Shown here piece after piece: positions 54,301 through 59,899 of a stretch of 61,393 bases of DNA (the stretch's first letter is position 1; each line of letters opens with the position of its first letter). Under the pieces are notes generated by a model, which was not told where the DNA came from, did no database searches, and saw only the letters and a list, made by a program, of their open reading frames with translations. Made by a program: the position numbers and the translations under genes. Where the stretch lies: the NCBI RefSeq assembly GCF_004010195.1, contig NC_057756.1:10432911-10494303 (forward strand), in the 5' to 3' direction. The DNA is from Chiloscyllium plagiosum (taxonomy: Eukaryota).

Positions 54301-57300
54301 CATTGGACAGAGGTGAGAGGAGAGGTGTGGGTTCTGGTTTTACACCGCTTTCGGCAGCAACGGAAGGTGCCAGGAGTGGAGGGTGGGTTTGGTGGGGGGT
54401 GCGCACCTAACAAGTGAATCACAGAGAGAACCTCTGAACAGGTGGATTAAAACAAACGGGTTTTTTTGCACCACAAGCCAACTGACATTCTCAACCATGG
54501 TGAACCTCAATCGGGACAACATCTAAACCACAAACAAAAATCACACACTGAAAGGTTTAAAATACATGCAAAGTGTCACATCAACAGATCCAATTCAAAA
54601 CATAAGTAATCCTCTGGCTTTGACTTTGGTTTTGATAAGTCTCAAACCATTTTGATTCCAAAACTTATTCTGATTTATAAAAAAAAAATTATTTGCCCGC
54701 CAAGATCACAGCAACAACAACACCACCACTGGGTTGCCATGGCAGCTGCTCTCCAACCTGAGAGCAGCCTTGAAACTGCCTGGATGAGGGCAGACTTGAA
54801 ACTGCTTAACTGCTCACCCTCCTCCAAACTCATAGAGTCATAGAGATGTACAGCACGGAAACAGACCCTTCGGTCCAACCCGTCCATGCTGGCCAGATAT
54901 CCCAACCCAATCTAGTCCCACCTGCCAGCACCCGGTCCATATCCCTCCAAACCCTTTCTATTCATATGCCCATCCAAATGCCTCTTAAATGTTGCAATTG
55001 TACCTGCACCACTTCCTCTGGCAGCTCATTCCATACACGTACCACCCTCTGCATGAAAAAGTTGCCTCGTAGGTCTCTTTTATATCTTTCCCCTCTCACC
55101 CTAAACCTATGCCCTCTAGTTCTGGACTCTGCCACAGGGAAAAGATTTTATCTATTTATCTTATTCACGCCCCTCATGATTTTATAAGTATCATGTACCT
55201 ATGCAAATGTCTTTTAAATATTGGAACTGGACCCACAGTCACCACTTCCTCTGGAAGTTCATTCCCTACACAAAACATAGAGTCATAGAGATGTACAACA
55301 TGGAAACAGACCCTTCGGTCCAACTCGTCTATGCTGACCAGATATCCTAACCTCATCTCGTCCCATTTGCCAGCAGTTGACCCATATTCTTCAAAACCCT
55401 TCCTAATCATGCACTCGTCTTGATGTCTTTTAAATGTTGTAATTGAGCCAGCCTCCATCATTTCCTCTGGCAGCTCATTCCACACATCTATCACCATTTG
55501 CAGGAAAACGTTGTCCTTTAGGTCCCTTTTATGTCTTTCCCCTCACACCCTATACCTATGCCCTCTAGTTCTGGACTCCCTCACCCGATGGAAAAGACCT
55601 TGTCTATTTATCATTTCCATGCCCCTCATGATTTTATAAACCGCTATAAAGGTCCCCCTCAGCCTCCGATGCTCCAGGAAAAACAGCCCCAGCCTATTCA
55701 GCCTCTCCCTGTAGCTCAAACCCTCCAACCCTGGCAACATCCTTGTAAATCTTTTCTGAACACTTTCAAATTTCACAACAGATTTATCCAGCTTCCTCAT
55801 TTGCCCTCTCCCCACCTTATCTCAGTCCCAACCGTCGGACTCAGCACCGCCTTCTTGACCTGCAATCTTCTTCCCGACCTCTCCGTCCCCACCCCCTCTC
55901 CGGCCTATCNNNNNNNNNNNNNNNNNNNNNNNNNNNNNNNNNNNNNNNNNNNNNNNNNNNNNNNNNNNNNNNNNNNNNNNNNNNNNNNNNNNNNNNNNNN
56001 NNNNNNNNNNNNNNNNNNNNNNNNNNNNNNNNNNNNNNNNNNNNNNNNNNNNNNNNNNNNNNNNNNNNNNNNNNNNNNNNNNNNNNNNNNNNNNNNNNNN
56101 NNNNNNNNNNNNNNNNNNNNNNNNNNNNNNNNNNNNNNNNNNNNNNNNNNNNNNNNNNNNNNNNNNNNNNNNNNNNNNNNNNNNNNNNNNNNNNNNNNNN
56201 NNNNNNNNNNNNNNNNNNNNNNNNNNNNNNNNNNNNNNNNNNNNNNNNNNNNNNNNNNNNNNNNNNNNNNNNNNNNNNNNNNNNNNNNNNNNNNNNNNNN
56301 NNNNNNNNNNNNNNNNNNNNNNNNNNNNNNNNNNNNNNNNNNNNNNNNNNNNNNNNNNNNNNNNNNNNNNNNNNNNNNNNNNNNNNNNNNNNNNNNNNNN
56401 NNNNNNNNNNNNNNNNNNNNNNNNNNNNNNNNNNNNNNNNNNNNNNNNNNNNNNNNNNNNNNNNNNNNNNNNNNNNNNNNNNNNNNNNNNNNNNNNNNNN
56501 NNNNNNNNNNNNNNNNNNNNNNNNNNNNNNNNNNNNNNNNNNNNNNNNNNNNNNNNNNNNNNNNNNNNNNNNNNNNNNNNNNNNNNNNNNNNNNNNNNNN
56601 NNNNNNNNNNNNNNNNNNNNNNNNNNNNNNNNNNNNNNNNNNNNNNNNNNNNNNNNNNNNNNNNNNNNNNNNNNNNNNNNNNNNNNNNNNNNNNNNNNNN
56701 NNNNNNNNNNNNNNNNNNNNNNNNNNNNNNNNNNNNNNNNNNNNNNNNNNNNNNNNNNNNNNNNNNNNNNNNNNNNNNNNNNNNNNNNNNNNNNNNNNNN
56801 NNNNNNNNNNNNNNNNNNNNNNNNNNNNNNNNNNNNNNNNNNNNNNNNNNNNNNNNNNNNNNNNNNNNNNNNNNNNNNNNNNNNNNNNNNNNNNNNNNNN
56901 NNNGTGAAAAGTTGCCCTTAGGTCCCTTTTAAAACTTTCCCCTCTCAGCTTAATCCTATGCCCTCTAAATTTGGACTTCCCTACCCTGGGGAAAAGACCT
57001 TGTCTGTTCACCCTATCCATACCCTTCATGATTTTATGAATGTCTATAAGATATTCCGTCAGCCTCCGACGCTCCAGGGAAAACAGCCTCTTCCTATAGC
57101 TGAAACCCTCCAACCCTGGGCAACATCCTTAGAAATCTTTTCACAACATCCTTCCGATAGGAAGGAGACCAGAATTGCATGCATCATTCCAAAAGTGGTC
57201 TAACCAATGTCCTGTACAGCCGCAACATGACCTCCCAACTCCTGTACCCAATACTCTGACCAATAAAAGGAAAACATCCCAAACGCCTTCTTCACTATCC

Positions 57301-57400
57301 TATGATGACTGAAATGTAATAACACGGATATGTTGCCGAGACATGGAATATTTACACAAAGCTAACTTTCCCGCAGGGGATGGGAAAGTTTCTAGCGATA
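338..57400 (+). CDS. Partial multi-exon gene made of tandem 24-nt phase-1 micro-exons encoding a Gly/Pro/Lys-rich 8-residue repeat protein (unidentified; extends beyond the window)
   Basis: 24 segments of exactly 24 nt flanked by pyrimidine-rich ...YAG and GT, plus one with a GC donor. Phase-1 frame open in all, while phases 0 and 2 contain stops. Spliced peptide: xDELPPGL-TGGKTGGK-GGLLRPSF-GGKRPSRL-GTGKFPRP-GAGLSPGP-GVGKSPGL-GAGKIPGP-GSQKFPAP-RVGKVPGT-GVIIPPAL-GAGKFPGP-GVGKFPGT-GVIIPPPL-(GGQKFPGP)-GIGKVPGT-GVIIPPPL-GAGKFPGP-GGQKFPAS-GAGKVPGT-GMIIPPPL-EVQKSPGH-GGGKDTAY-GEAEYHSL-RDGKVSSD. Confidence 0.8.
683..912 (+). mobile_element. LINE 3' end fragment (same family as 36874-37436)
   Basis: caccatcctgacttggaaa...gcagttcaagaaggcagctcacc...gtgacacccacatc matches the reverse complement of 36895-37090. 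Confidence 0.6.
1057..1080 (+). CDS. 24-nt micro-exon (T)GGKTGGK
   Basis: ctctttcacag|CAGGTGGAAAAACTGGGGGCAAAG|gtaaat; TAAC at -23; NAGNAG acceptor. Confidence 0.78.
1253..1406. mobile_element. Penelope-like (Neptune-type) pLTR inverted pair
   Basis: gcacagcaggtcaggcagcatcc ... ctgcctgacctgctgtgc around cctgatgaagagcttatgccc. Confidence 0.7.
2132..2403 (+). mobile_element. Penelope-like 3' fragment with pLTR and hammerhead motif
   Basis: cCTGAAGAagggcttatgcccGAAAtgtcgattctcctgctcctcggatgctgcc. Confidence 0.7.
2894..2917 (+). CDS. 24-nt micro-exon (G)GLLRPSF
   Basis: ctcttctatag|GAGGGCTGTTACGTCCCAGCTTCG|gtgaga; TAAC at -23; upstream gacaatgttaac homologous to D-type exons. Confidence 0.78.
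4120..4143 (+). CDS. 24-nt micro-exon (G)GKRPSRL
   Basis: ctcttccacag|GAGGGAAAAGACCATCTAGATTGG|gtaaat; TAAC at -23. Confidence 0.78.
4372..4468 (+). mobile_element. Penelope-like pLTR, family 2, with minimal hammerhead
   Basis: cacCTGATGAgggagcagcgcttcGAAAgctagtg...aaacctgttggactataatctggtgttgtgtgattttt. Confidence 0.7.
5300..5323 (+). CDS. 24-nt micro-exon (G)TGKFPRP
   Basis: cattccacag|GAACTGGGAAATTTCCTAGACCCG|gtaagt. Confidence 0.8.
6378..6401 (+). pseudogene. Dead micro-exon copy (G)VQRSPVP, donor lost
   Basis: ttccacag|GGGTTCAGAGATCTCCTGTACCTG|atcact: GT replaced by AT. Confidence 0.65.
7562..8059 (-). mobile_element. Solo-LTR-like element (same family as 16485-16708), interrupted by a retroposon
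   Basis: atcccatcaccaagttaccctttatttacatgtgcacagtaca...agccagctcagag is the reverse complement of the 16485 element. Confidence 0.65.
7696..7947 (-). mobile_element. Short poly(A)-tailed retroposon with 12-bp TSD
   Basis: aatcccctgttt at 7684-7695 and 7948-7959; T-run at left end. Confidence 0.65.
8341..8650 (+). mobile_element. HE1 SINE (tRNA-derived V-SINE)
   Basis: A box gtggctcagtggttagc, B box gttcgattcc, V-domain tgtggagtttgcacattctccccgtgtctgcgtgggtttcctccggg, CR1-like tail. Confidence 0.9.
8998..9021 (+). CDS. 24-nt micro-exon (G)AGLSPGP
   Basis: cattccacag|GAGCTGGACTATCTCCAGGACCTG|gtaatt. Confidence 0.75.
9732..9755 (+). pseudogene. Dead D-type micro-exon copy (acceptor damaged)
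   Basis: ctctcccaa GAGTGACAATACCTTCTGCTTTGA gtaata versus intact ctcccacag GAGTGATAATACCTCCCCCCTTGG gtaaat; the remaining AAG acceptor would give 23 nt. Confidence 0.6.
9985..10291 (+). mobile_element. HE1 SINE
   Basis: Same A/B boxes, V-domain and tctaa tail. Confidence 0.9.
10402..10721 (-). mobile_element. HE1 SINE (young)
   Basis: Reverse complement of HE1 with (ttaga)n tail at left. Confidence 0.9.
12185..12432. mobile_element. Nested Penelope-like pLTR fragments
   Basis: gctggaaaagctcagcaggtctgg...cctgaaaaagggcttatgcccgaaacgtcg...ccagtgatccttcctcaga. Confidence 0.55.
12682..13014 (-). mobile_element. HE1 SINE
   Basis: Reverse complement of HE1 with internal duplication of the ggccaat...acctgcaca segment. 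Confidence 0.88.
13421..13444 (+). CDS. 24-nt micro-exon (G)VGKSPGL
   Basis: tattccacag|GGGTTGGGAAATCTCCTGGACTGG|gtaatt. Confidence 0.75.
14198..14398. mobile_element. Penelope-like pLTR inverted pair
   Basis: cagcaggtcaggcagcatc...tcgacgtttcgggcaaaagcc / cctgatgagcttttgcccgaaacatcg...ctgcctgacctg. Confidence 0.7.
14476..14495 (+). pseudogene. Dead D-type micro-exon remnant
   Basis: ctctccccctgGTGATAATACCCCTGCTGG|gtaaat: acceptor AG lost, exon shortened. Confidence 0.55.
15171..15194 (+). CDS. Micro-exon A1 (G)AGKIPGP
   Basis: caatccacag|GAGCTGGGAAAATTCCTGGACCTG|gtaatt; TAAC at -23. Confidence 0.75.
15493..15516 (+). CDS. Micro-exon B1 (G)SQKFPAP, weak donor
   Basis: caatccacag|GAAGTCAGAAATTTCCTGCACCTA|gtcatt (non-consensus +3 C). 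Confidence 0.45.
16140..17140 (+). mobile_element. Composite CR1/HER1 remnant in cassette 1 (B-C intron)
   Basis: RT C-terminal peptide LLRPLLGNCTQFRSP...KLERVQKRLTR; nested opposite-strand CR1 tail and solo LTR. Confidence 0.8.
16485..16708 (+). mobile_element. Solo LTR (~224 bp) with 5-bp TSD AGAAC
   Basis: agaac|TGttgtg...ttaattCA|agaac; internal ccaat, cataaa (TATA-like) and agtaaa. Confidence 0.75.
17208..17231 (+). CDS. Micro-exon C1 (G/R)VGKVPGT
   Basis: cactccacag|GAGTTGGGAAGGTTCCTGGAACAG|gtattt. Confidence 0.75.
17963..17986 (+). CDS. Micro-exon D1 (G)VIIPPAL
   Basis: tctccaacag|GAGTGATAATACCTCCCGCCTTGG|gtaaat. Confidence 0.72.
18840..19299 (-). mobile_element. Young CR1/HER1 LINE 3' fragment
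   Basis: ORF SLEFRRLRGDLIETYKIIHGL...FFSQRVVGLWNSLP; (taagacca)n tail; private to one cassette junction. Confidence 0.9.
19499..19522 (+). CDS. Micro-exon A2 (G)AGKFPGP
   Basis: caatcagcag|GAGCTGGGAAATTTCCTGGACCTG|gtaatt; NAGNAG acceptor. Confidence 0.7.
19821..19843 (+). pseudogene. Dead micro-exon B2 (donor deleted)
   Basis: ccacag|GAGGTCAGAAATTTCCTGGACCT then taattca; the Ggtaattatt segment seen in other copies is missing. Confidence 0.7.
19961..20200. mobile_element. Penelope-like family 2 pLTR inverted pair with hammerhead motifs
   Basis: aaaaatcacgcaacaccaggttatagtc...ctccttcatcagg / CTGATGAaggagcagtgctccGAAAgctagtg...actataacctggtgttgtgtgattttt. Confidence 0.75.
20404..20724 (+). 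mobile_element. HE1 SINE
   Basis: Full-length HE1 motifs; private to cassette 2. Confidence 0.9.
21050..22415 (+). mobile_element. Composite CR1 remnant in cassette 2 including solo LTR 21743-21960
   Basis: Homologous to 16140-17140; TGtagtg...ttatttCA. Confidence 0.8.
22485..22508 (+). CDS. Micro-exon C2 (G)VGKFPGT
   Basis: cattccacag|GAGTTGGGAAGTTTCCTGGAACAG|gtattt. Confidence 0.75.
23217..23240 (+). CDS. Micro-exon D2 (G)VIIPPPL
   Basis: ctcccacag|GAGTGATAATACCTCCCCCCTTGG|gtaaat. Confidence 0.72.
24320..24343 (+). pseudogene. Dead micro-exon A3 (acceptor CAG>CAA)
   Basis: ttccacaa|GAGCTGGGAAATTTCCTGGACCTG|gtgttt; acceptor mutated and donor weakened. Confidence 0.65.
24641..24664 (+). 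CDS. Micro-exon B3 (G)GQKFPGP with GC donor (may be dead)
   Basis: ctttccacag|GAGGTCAGAAATTTCCTGGACCTG|gcaatt. Confidence 0.35.
24793..25437. mobile_element. Penelope family 2 pLTR pair with nested Poseidon-type Penelope 3' fragment (24893-25330)
   Basis: Same insertion site as 19961; nested GIY-YIG C-terminal coding text (HFDWDNTSILGQAKQ...EFLEAWHS). Confidence 0.75.
25960..27280 (+). mobile_element. Composite CR1 remnant in cassette 3 including solo LTR 26645-26868
   Basis: ORF YCTQFWSPH...KLERVQKR...RRLRGDLIEVYK; LTR followed by agaac. Confidence 0.8.
27347..27370 (+). CDS. Micro-exon C3 (G)IGKVPGT
   Basis: cactccacag|GGATTGGGAAGGTTCCTGGAACAG|gtattt. Confidence 0.75.
28114..28137 (+). 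CDS. Micro-exon D3 (G)VIIPPPL
   Basis: ctcccacag|GAGTGATAATACCTCCCCCCTTGG|gtaaat. Confidence 0.72.
28306..28510 (+). mobile_element. 5'-truncated HE1 SINE (with N gap)
   Basis: cagtggttagcactgttgcc...(aatct)n tail; flanked by ctacactattaa repeats. Confidence 0.85.
29418..29441 (+). CDS. Micro-exon A4 (G)AGKFPGP
   Basis: caatcagcag|GAGCTGGGAAATTTCCTGGACCTG|gtaatt; NAGNAG acceptor. Confidence 0.7.
29739..29762 (+). CDS. Micro-exon B4 (G)GQKFPAS
   Basis: ctttccacag|GAGGTCAGAAATTTCCTGCATCCG|gtaatt. Confidence 0.72.
30296..32658. mobile_element. Penelope-like element (Poseidon-type), rearranged: two minus-strand 3' ends plus a plus-strand RT/GIY-YIG part
   Basis: GIY-YIG motif YVGQTGRKLATRIHEH; RT motifs YKQTNGTPMGSPLSG, YVDD, LAFLDV, YRKPT; flanked by ataaatgtt duplication; stops and deletions present. 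Confidence 0.9.
32880..33942 (+). mobile_element. Composite CR1 remnant in cassette 4 (solo LTR deleted; extra minus-strand CR1 at 33344-33752)
   Basis: Homologous to the other B-C introns; (catagagt)n tail of the nested copy. Confidence 0.8.
34012..34035 (+). CDS. Micro-exon C4 (G)AGKVPGT
   Basis: cactccacag|GGGCTGGGAAGGTTCCTGGAACAG|gtattt. Confidence 0.75.
34808..34831 (+). CDS. Micro-exon D4 (G)MIIPPPL
   Basis: tcttccacag|GAATGATAATACCTCCCCCCTTGG|gtaaat. Confidence 0.72.
35955..36182. mobile_element. Penelope-like pLTR inverted pair
   Basis: gattagagtggtgctggaaaagcacagcagttcaggcag ... ctgcctgaactgctgtgcttttccaccatcactctaatc; flanked by agtaagtgtatca duplication. Confidence 0.75.
36330..36353 (+). 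CDS. 24-nt micro-exon (E)VQKSPGH
   Basis: cattccacag|AAGTTCAGAAGTCTCCTGGCCATG|gtaatg. Confidence 0.7.
36874..37436 (-). mobile_element. LINE 3' fragment (CR1/L2-group, distinct from HER1)
   Basis: Frameshifted RT C-terminal peptides YKARVR..REYSPL, YKMHCRNSLKILRQHLPNPR; T-run at left end. Confidence 0.65.
37660..38110 (+). mobile_element. CR1/HER1 3' fragment
   Basis: ggagggtttgagctataaggagaggctggatagg...aatgagctgccagaggaagtggtggaggc. Confidence 0.85.
38464..38487 (+). CDS. 24-nt micro-exon (G)GGKDTAY
   Basis: ctaacccaattctttctactcctcag|GAGGTGGAAAAGATACTGCTTATG|gtacat; CTAAC at -23; resembles the exon at 1057. Confidence 0.72.
38790..43387 (-). mobile_element. Decayed L1 (LINE-1) element, near full length, with gaps
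   Basis: ORF1-like LGLPEREE...PRPVLFQLQSYKERQ; APE motifs SWNVKG, LQETH, GGDFN, RIDMFF, SDH; LPISWLGRIALIK, GGLDFPDF; C-terminal CPKC...LLHCLWTC; poly(A) at 38790-38803. Confidence 0.9.
39959..40096. mobile_element. Penelope family 2 inverted-pair fragment inserted into the L1, 14-bp TSD
   Basis: caaatttctgatgt at 39945-39958 and 40097-40110. Confidence 0.8.
43888..44625 (-). mobile_element. CR1-type ORF2 endonuclease-region fragment interrupted by a Penelope pLTR (44167-44352)
   Basis: Peptide KVFNWGRGNYTAIRQ...INWKQLF...EPWMT; pLTR with tcgacgtttcgggtataagcccttcttcagg. Confidence 0.65.
44865..45672 (+). mobile_element. Nested CR1/HER1 3' fragments
   Basis: QLERIQKGFTRML; ESRTKGHRFKVRGERYKRDLRANFFTQRVVRVWNELP; ctctatgactct tail. 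Confidence 0.85.
46285..46905 (-). mobile_element. CR1/HER1 3' fragment
   Basis: LYKTLLQPHLEYCVQFWSP...LFSLERRRLSGDLIDTYK; (tagaaca)n tail. Confidence 0.9.
46980..48135 (+). mobile_element. Two CR1/HER1 3' fragments (46980-47468, 47650-48135)
   Basis: ggagagggtgcagaagaggtttaccaggatg; LEGLSYKERLVRLGL; ctatgttcta and ctatgactctatga tails. Confidence 0.8.
48416..48439 (+). CDS. Candidate 24-nt micro-exon (G)EAEYHSL
   Basis: cactcttatcccag|GAGAAGCTGAATATCACAGTCTTA|gtacat; same length and phase, unique flanks, weak donor. Confidence 0.5.
50228..50890. mobile_element. Two Penelope-like pLTR inverted pairs (50228-50571, 50677-50890)
   Basis: Long palindrome centred near 50385 with hammerhead motifs on both strands. 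Confidence 0.8.
51615..52790. mobile_element. CR1/HER1 fragments (+ strand 3' part, then - strand RT domain)
   Basis: Minus-strand GKSCLTNLMEFF...VDIVY...AFHKV...GVPLGSIMGPL; LYRTLVGLILEYCVQF. Confidence 0.85.
52998..53208. mobile_element. Young palindromic Penelope pLTR insertion with 9-bp TSD, inside a CR1 fragment
   Basis: 83-bp arms 53038-53120 and 53126-53208 with one mismatch; actgagatt at 52989-52997 and 53209-53217. Confidence 0.85.
53605..54440 (-). mobile_element. Neptune-type Penelope element 3' part (GIY-YIG plus pLTR)
   Basis: Frameshifted peptides CCRKRCKT...FSCILSHLIYCVCC, YIGET, FKSSSHS...MQILGL...RLGTLQPHEINADF, followed by pLTR with hammerhead core. Confidence 0.8.
54830..57303 (-). 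mobile_element. Cluster of CR1/HER1 3' fragments spanning an N gap
   Basis: (catagagt)n tails at 54831 and 55277; FESVQKRFTRMLPGLEGLSYRERLNRLGL. Confidence 0.85.
57377..57400 (+). CDS. Candidate 24-nt micro-exon (R/G)DGKVSSD
   Basis: gctaactttcccgcag|GGGATGGGAAAGTTTCTAGCGATA|gtaaac; GK at positions 3-4 as in the array. Confidence 0.6.
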
Positions 57401-58225
57401 GTAAACATCATCAATTCTGAGAATTTAATTTCAGCATCTCGATTACAGACGTTCCTTCTGCAAGATCAATATCAGACGGTCAATGAGAGATGTTTATTAC
57501 ACAACTAACATTTTTTGGTATCATTCCATAGCTCATTGATGTCAAACTTGATTGTGAGCATATTGCCAATTAATACAGAGCATAGCAGCAAGCCTGCAGA
57601 TGGCTGGTTTGCTTGGTTGGCTCGATTACTTGTTTGCCTTCCAAAGTCAGCCCAACAGCATGGGTTCAATGACACTTTGGCTGAGCCTACGTAGCCGCTC
57701 CCTGTCCATTTGCCTTAGATGTAGCGATACCTTGGCTAGACAGCTATCAGTTCTTTACCTCCTTCGAATGGAAGAGAAGGATTATGGTGATTTCACCCTT
57801 TTACAAAACAATCATGCCTTCTTCCAAGCAGTTGGACAGTAAATTGATCTTGCCCTGTCGATGGAATCCGCCCTTTATGCTCCTGGTAACCATTGCATAA
57901 CCATTGCCTTACATGGTCTTCGCCTCCCCCCATGTTGATTCCTGGGTCACTGACACAGGGTTAAATAAATAATTCACAGTAAAGCAAAGCTAATTCCTCT
58001 AAACATAAAAAGTACAACTTGTATCCTACTCTGAGGTGCAGTGACTTACCACACCACATCCAGAGTTGACAAGATCGAATGTCTGCATTTAAATTTGGTT
58101 GAAATACTTTGCAATTTTGAGATAATCATTGCGGAGCCGGTAATGGAATACAACTAGCAATGCAGATCAAAATTTTGAGGAGATGTGTTCAAACCCCACC
58201 ATGGATTGAATTTGAATCCAATTTT

Positions 58226-58546
58226 TAGATTAGATTACTTACAGTGTGGAAACAGGCCCTTCGGCCCAACAAGTCCACACCGACCCGCCGAAGCGTAACC
58301 CACCCAGACCCATTCCCCTACATTTACCCCTGCACCTAACACTACGGGCAATTCAGCATGGCCAATTCACCTAACTTGCACATCTTTGGACTGTGGGAGG
58401 AAACTGGAGCACCCGGAGGAAACCTATGCAGACACAGGGACAATGTGCAAACTCCACACAGTGAGAGTCGCCTGAGGCGGGAATTGAACCTGGGTCTCTG
58501 GCGCTGTGAGGCAGCAGTGCTAACCACTGTGCCACCATGCCGCCCA
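58226..58546 (-). mobile_element. HE1 SINE
   Basis: Reverse complement of full HE1 with (ttaga)n tail. Confidence 0.9.
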
Positions 58547-59440
58547 TAAATGTCTGACCTGATGATGATTGGCTGTTTCAAGTGGGACTGACAATATTCC
58601 ACACAGTGTATCATTGGTTAAAACCCATGTGGTTCACTAGCAGAAAGGAAATCTGGCACCTTGATCTGGTCCAGTCTACATGTGAGTCTAGACCCACTCT
58701 AGCCAATTAAGAATGGGTAATAAATGCCTACTTGGCCAGTGATGCCCTCATCCTGTGAATATGTAACTGCTTCCAGCTGCCTTTGTAGTCTATGTGACAT
58801 GAAATGCTCTCATTGCCCAGTCTGGACACCTATCCTATTTCAGAAAGTCAGATTAGCAATGACTACTCTCATGGGTTTATGGATGCCCGTTGGATAATTT
58901 ATCCATCAAAGATAGCAACTGTCCAAAACTTCACCTGTGTTGGAACAAACAGTGTCCAAGTCTGGGAACAGAAAGACTTTGTCTCTTACCTTGCTTCTGC
59001 TTGGGAATCATAATTCAAAGGCCAAACCCTTCATTCTTTGGTAACTTCATTCTGCCTCTGGACATAGACTGAGTTTGAGAAAACAGAGGAGCCCAATCGT
59101 ATGCCCATAACTCCCTTCCATTTTAATTTAACCATCCTTGGCTACCACTGTTGTACACTAAAAGATAAAATATTTTTTTGAGACGAGACAAAGTCTACAC
59201 ATTTAGTGAGGGTTTTACTTCAATTAATCCCACTGTATAAGATTCACACTAGCTTCTCATATTGCTACAATTGACACCTAATTAACTATTCATTTATATA
59301 TCCATTGCCCTTTGCCTTGTTTCATTAAGTCTCTGGTGTTCTCTCAGACCACAAGCGATGTTAACAGTAAAGATTATTTCACTGGGGTATCTGATACATT
59401 ACTCACACAGAGTGCATGGCTGGATGACCCCACTAGTTGT

Positions 59441-59512
59441 CTCATGGTGGTGTAGTGGTGAGCATAGCTGCCTTCCAAGCAATTGACCCGGGTTTGATTT
59501 CCGGCCATCGCA
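59441..59512 (+). pseudogene. tRNA-Gly(TCC) pseudogene
   Basis: tggtggtgtagtggtgagcatagctgccTTCCAAgcaattgacccgggtttgatttccggccatcgca closely follows vertebrate tRNA-Gly-TCC. Acceptor stem 5' end, anticodon stem and T-loop (TTTGA) are mutated. TTTT follows at 59518-59521. Confidence 0.85.
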
Positions 59513-59604
59513 GTGACTTTTAAAGAAAAGCCATCGGGGTAAAACCAGAACACAAATGTTTCATTTTGTGGTAAAACGGATCTGTCAGATTGCTCCCTTG
59601 CTTT

Positions 59605-59899
59605 GGGGTGGCACGGTGGCTCAGTGGTTAGCACTGCTGCCTCACAGCACCAGGGTCCCGGGTTCGATTCCAGCCTTGGGCGACTGTCTGCGTGGAGTTT
59701 GCACATTCTCCCCCCAGTGTCTGTGTGGGTTTCCTCCCATAGTCCAAAGATGTGCAGGTCAGGTGAATTGGCCAAGCTTAAATTGTCCATGGTGGTAGAT
59801 GCATTAGTCAGAGGGAAATGGGTCGGGGTGGGTTACTCATCAGTGTGGACTGGTTGGGCCGAAGGGCCTGTTGCCACACTGTAGGGAATCTAATCTAAC
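59605..59899 (+). mobile_element. HE1 SINE
   Basis: A/B boxes, V-domain, aatctaatctaa tail. Confidence 0.9.

Noticed and set aside
40469..57113. Long ORFs (178-458 aa) in the track
   Set aside because: They are mostly X residues spanning N gaps; the real parts are L1 or CR1 remnants.
8322..59884. Repeated ORFs like VAQWLALLPHS...DCLCGVCTFSPCLRGFPPGAPV
   Set aside because: These are translations of HE1 SINE copies, not a gene family.
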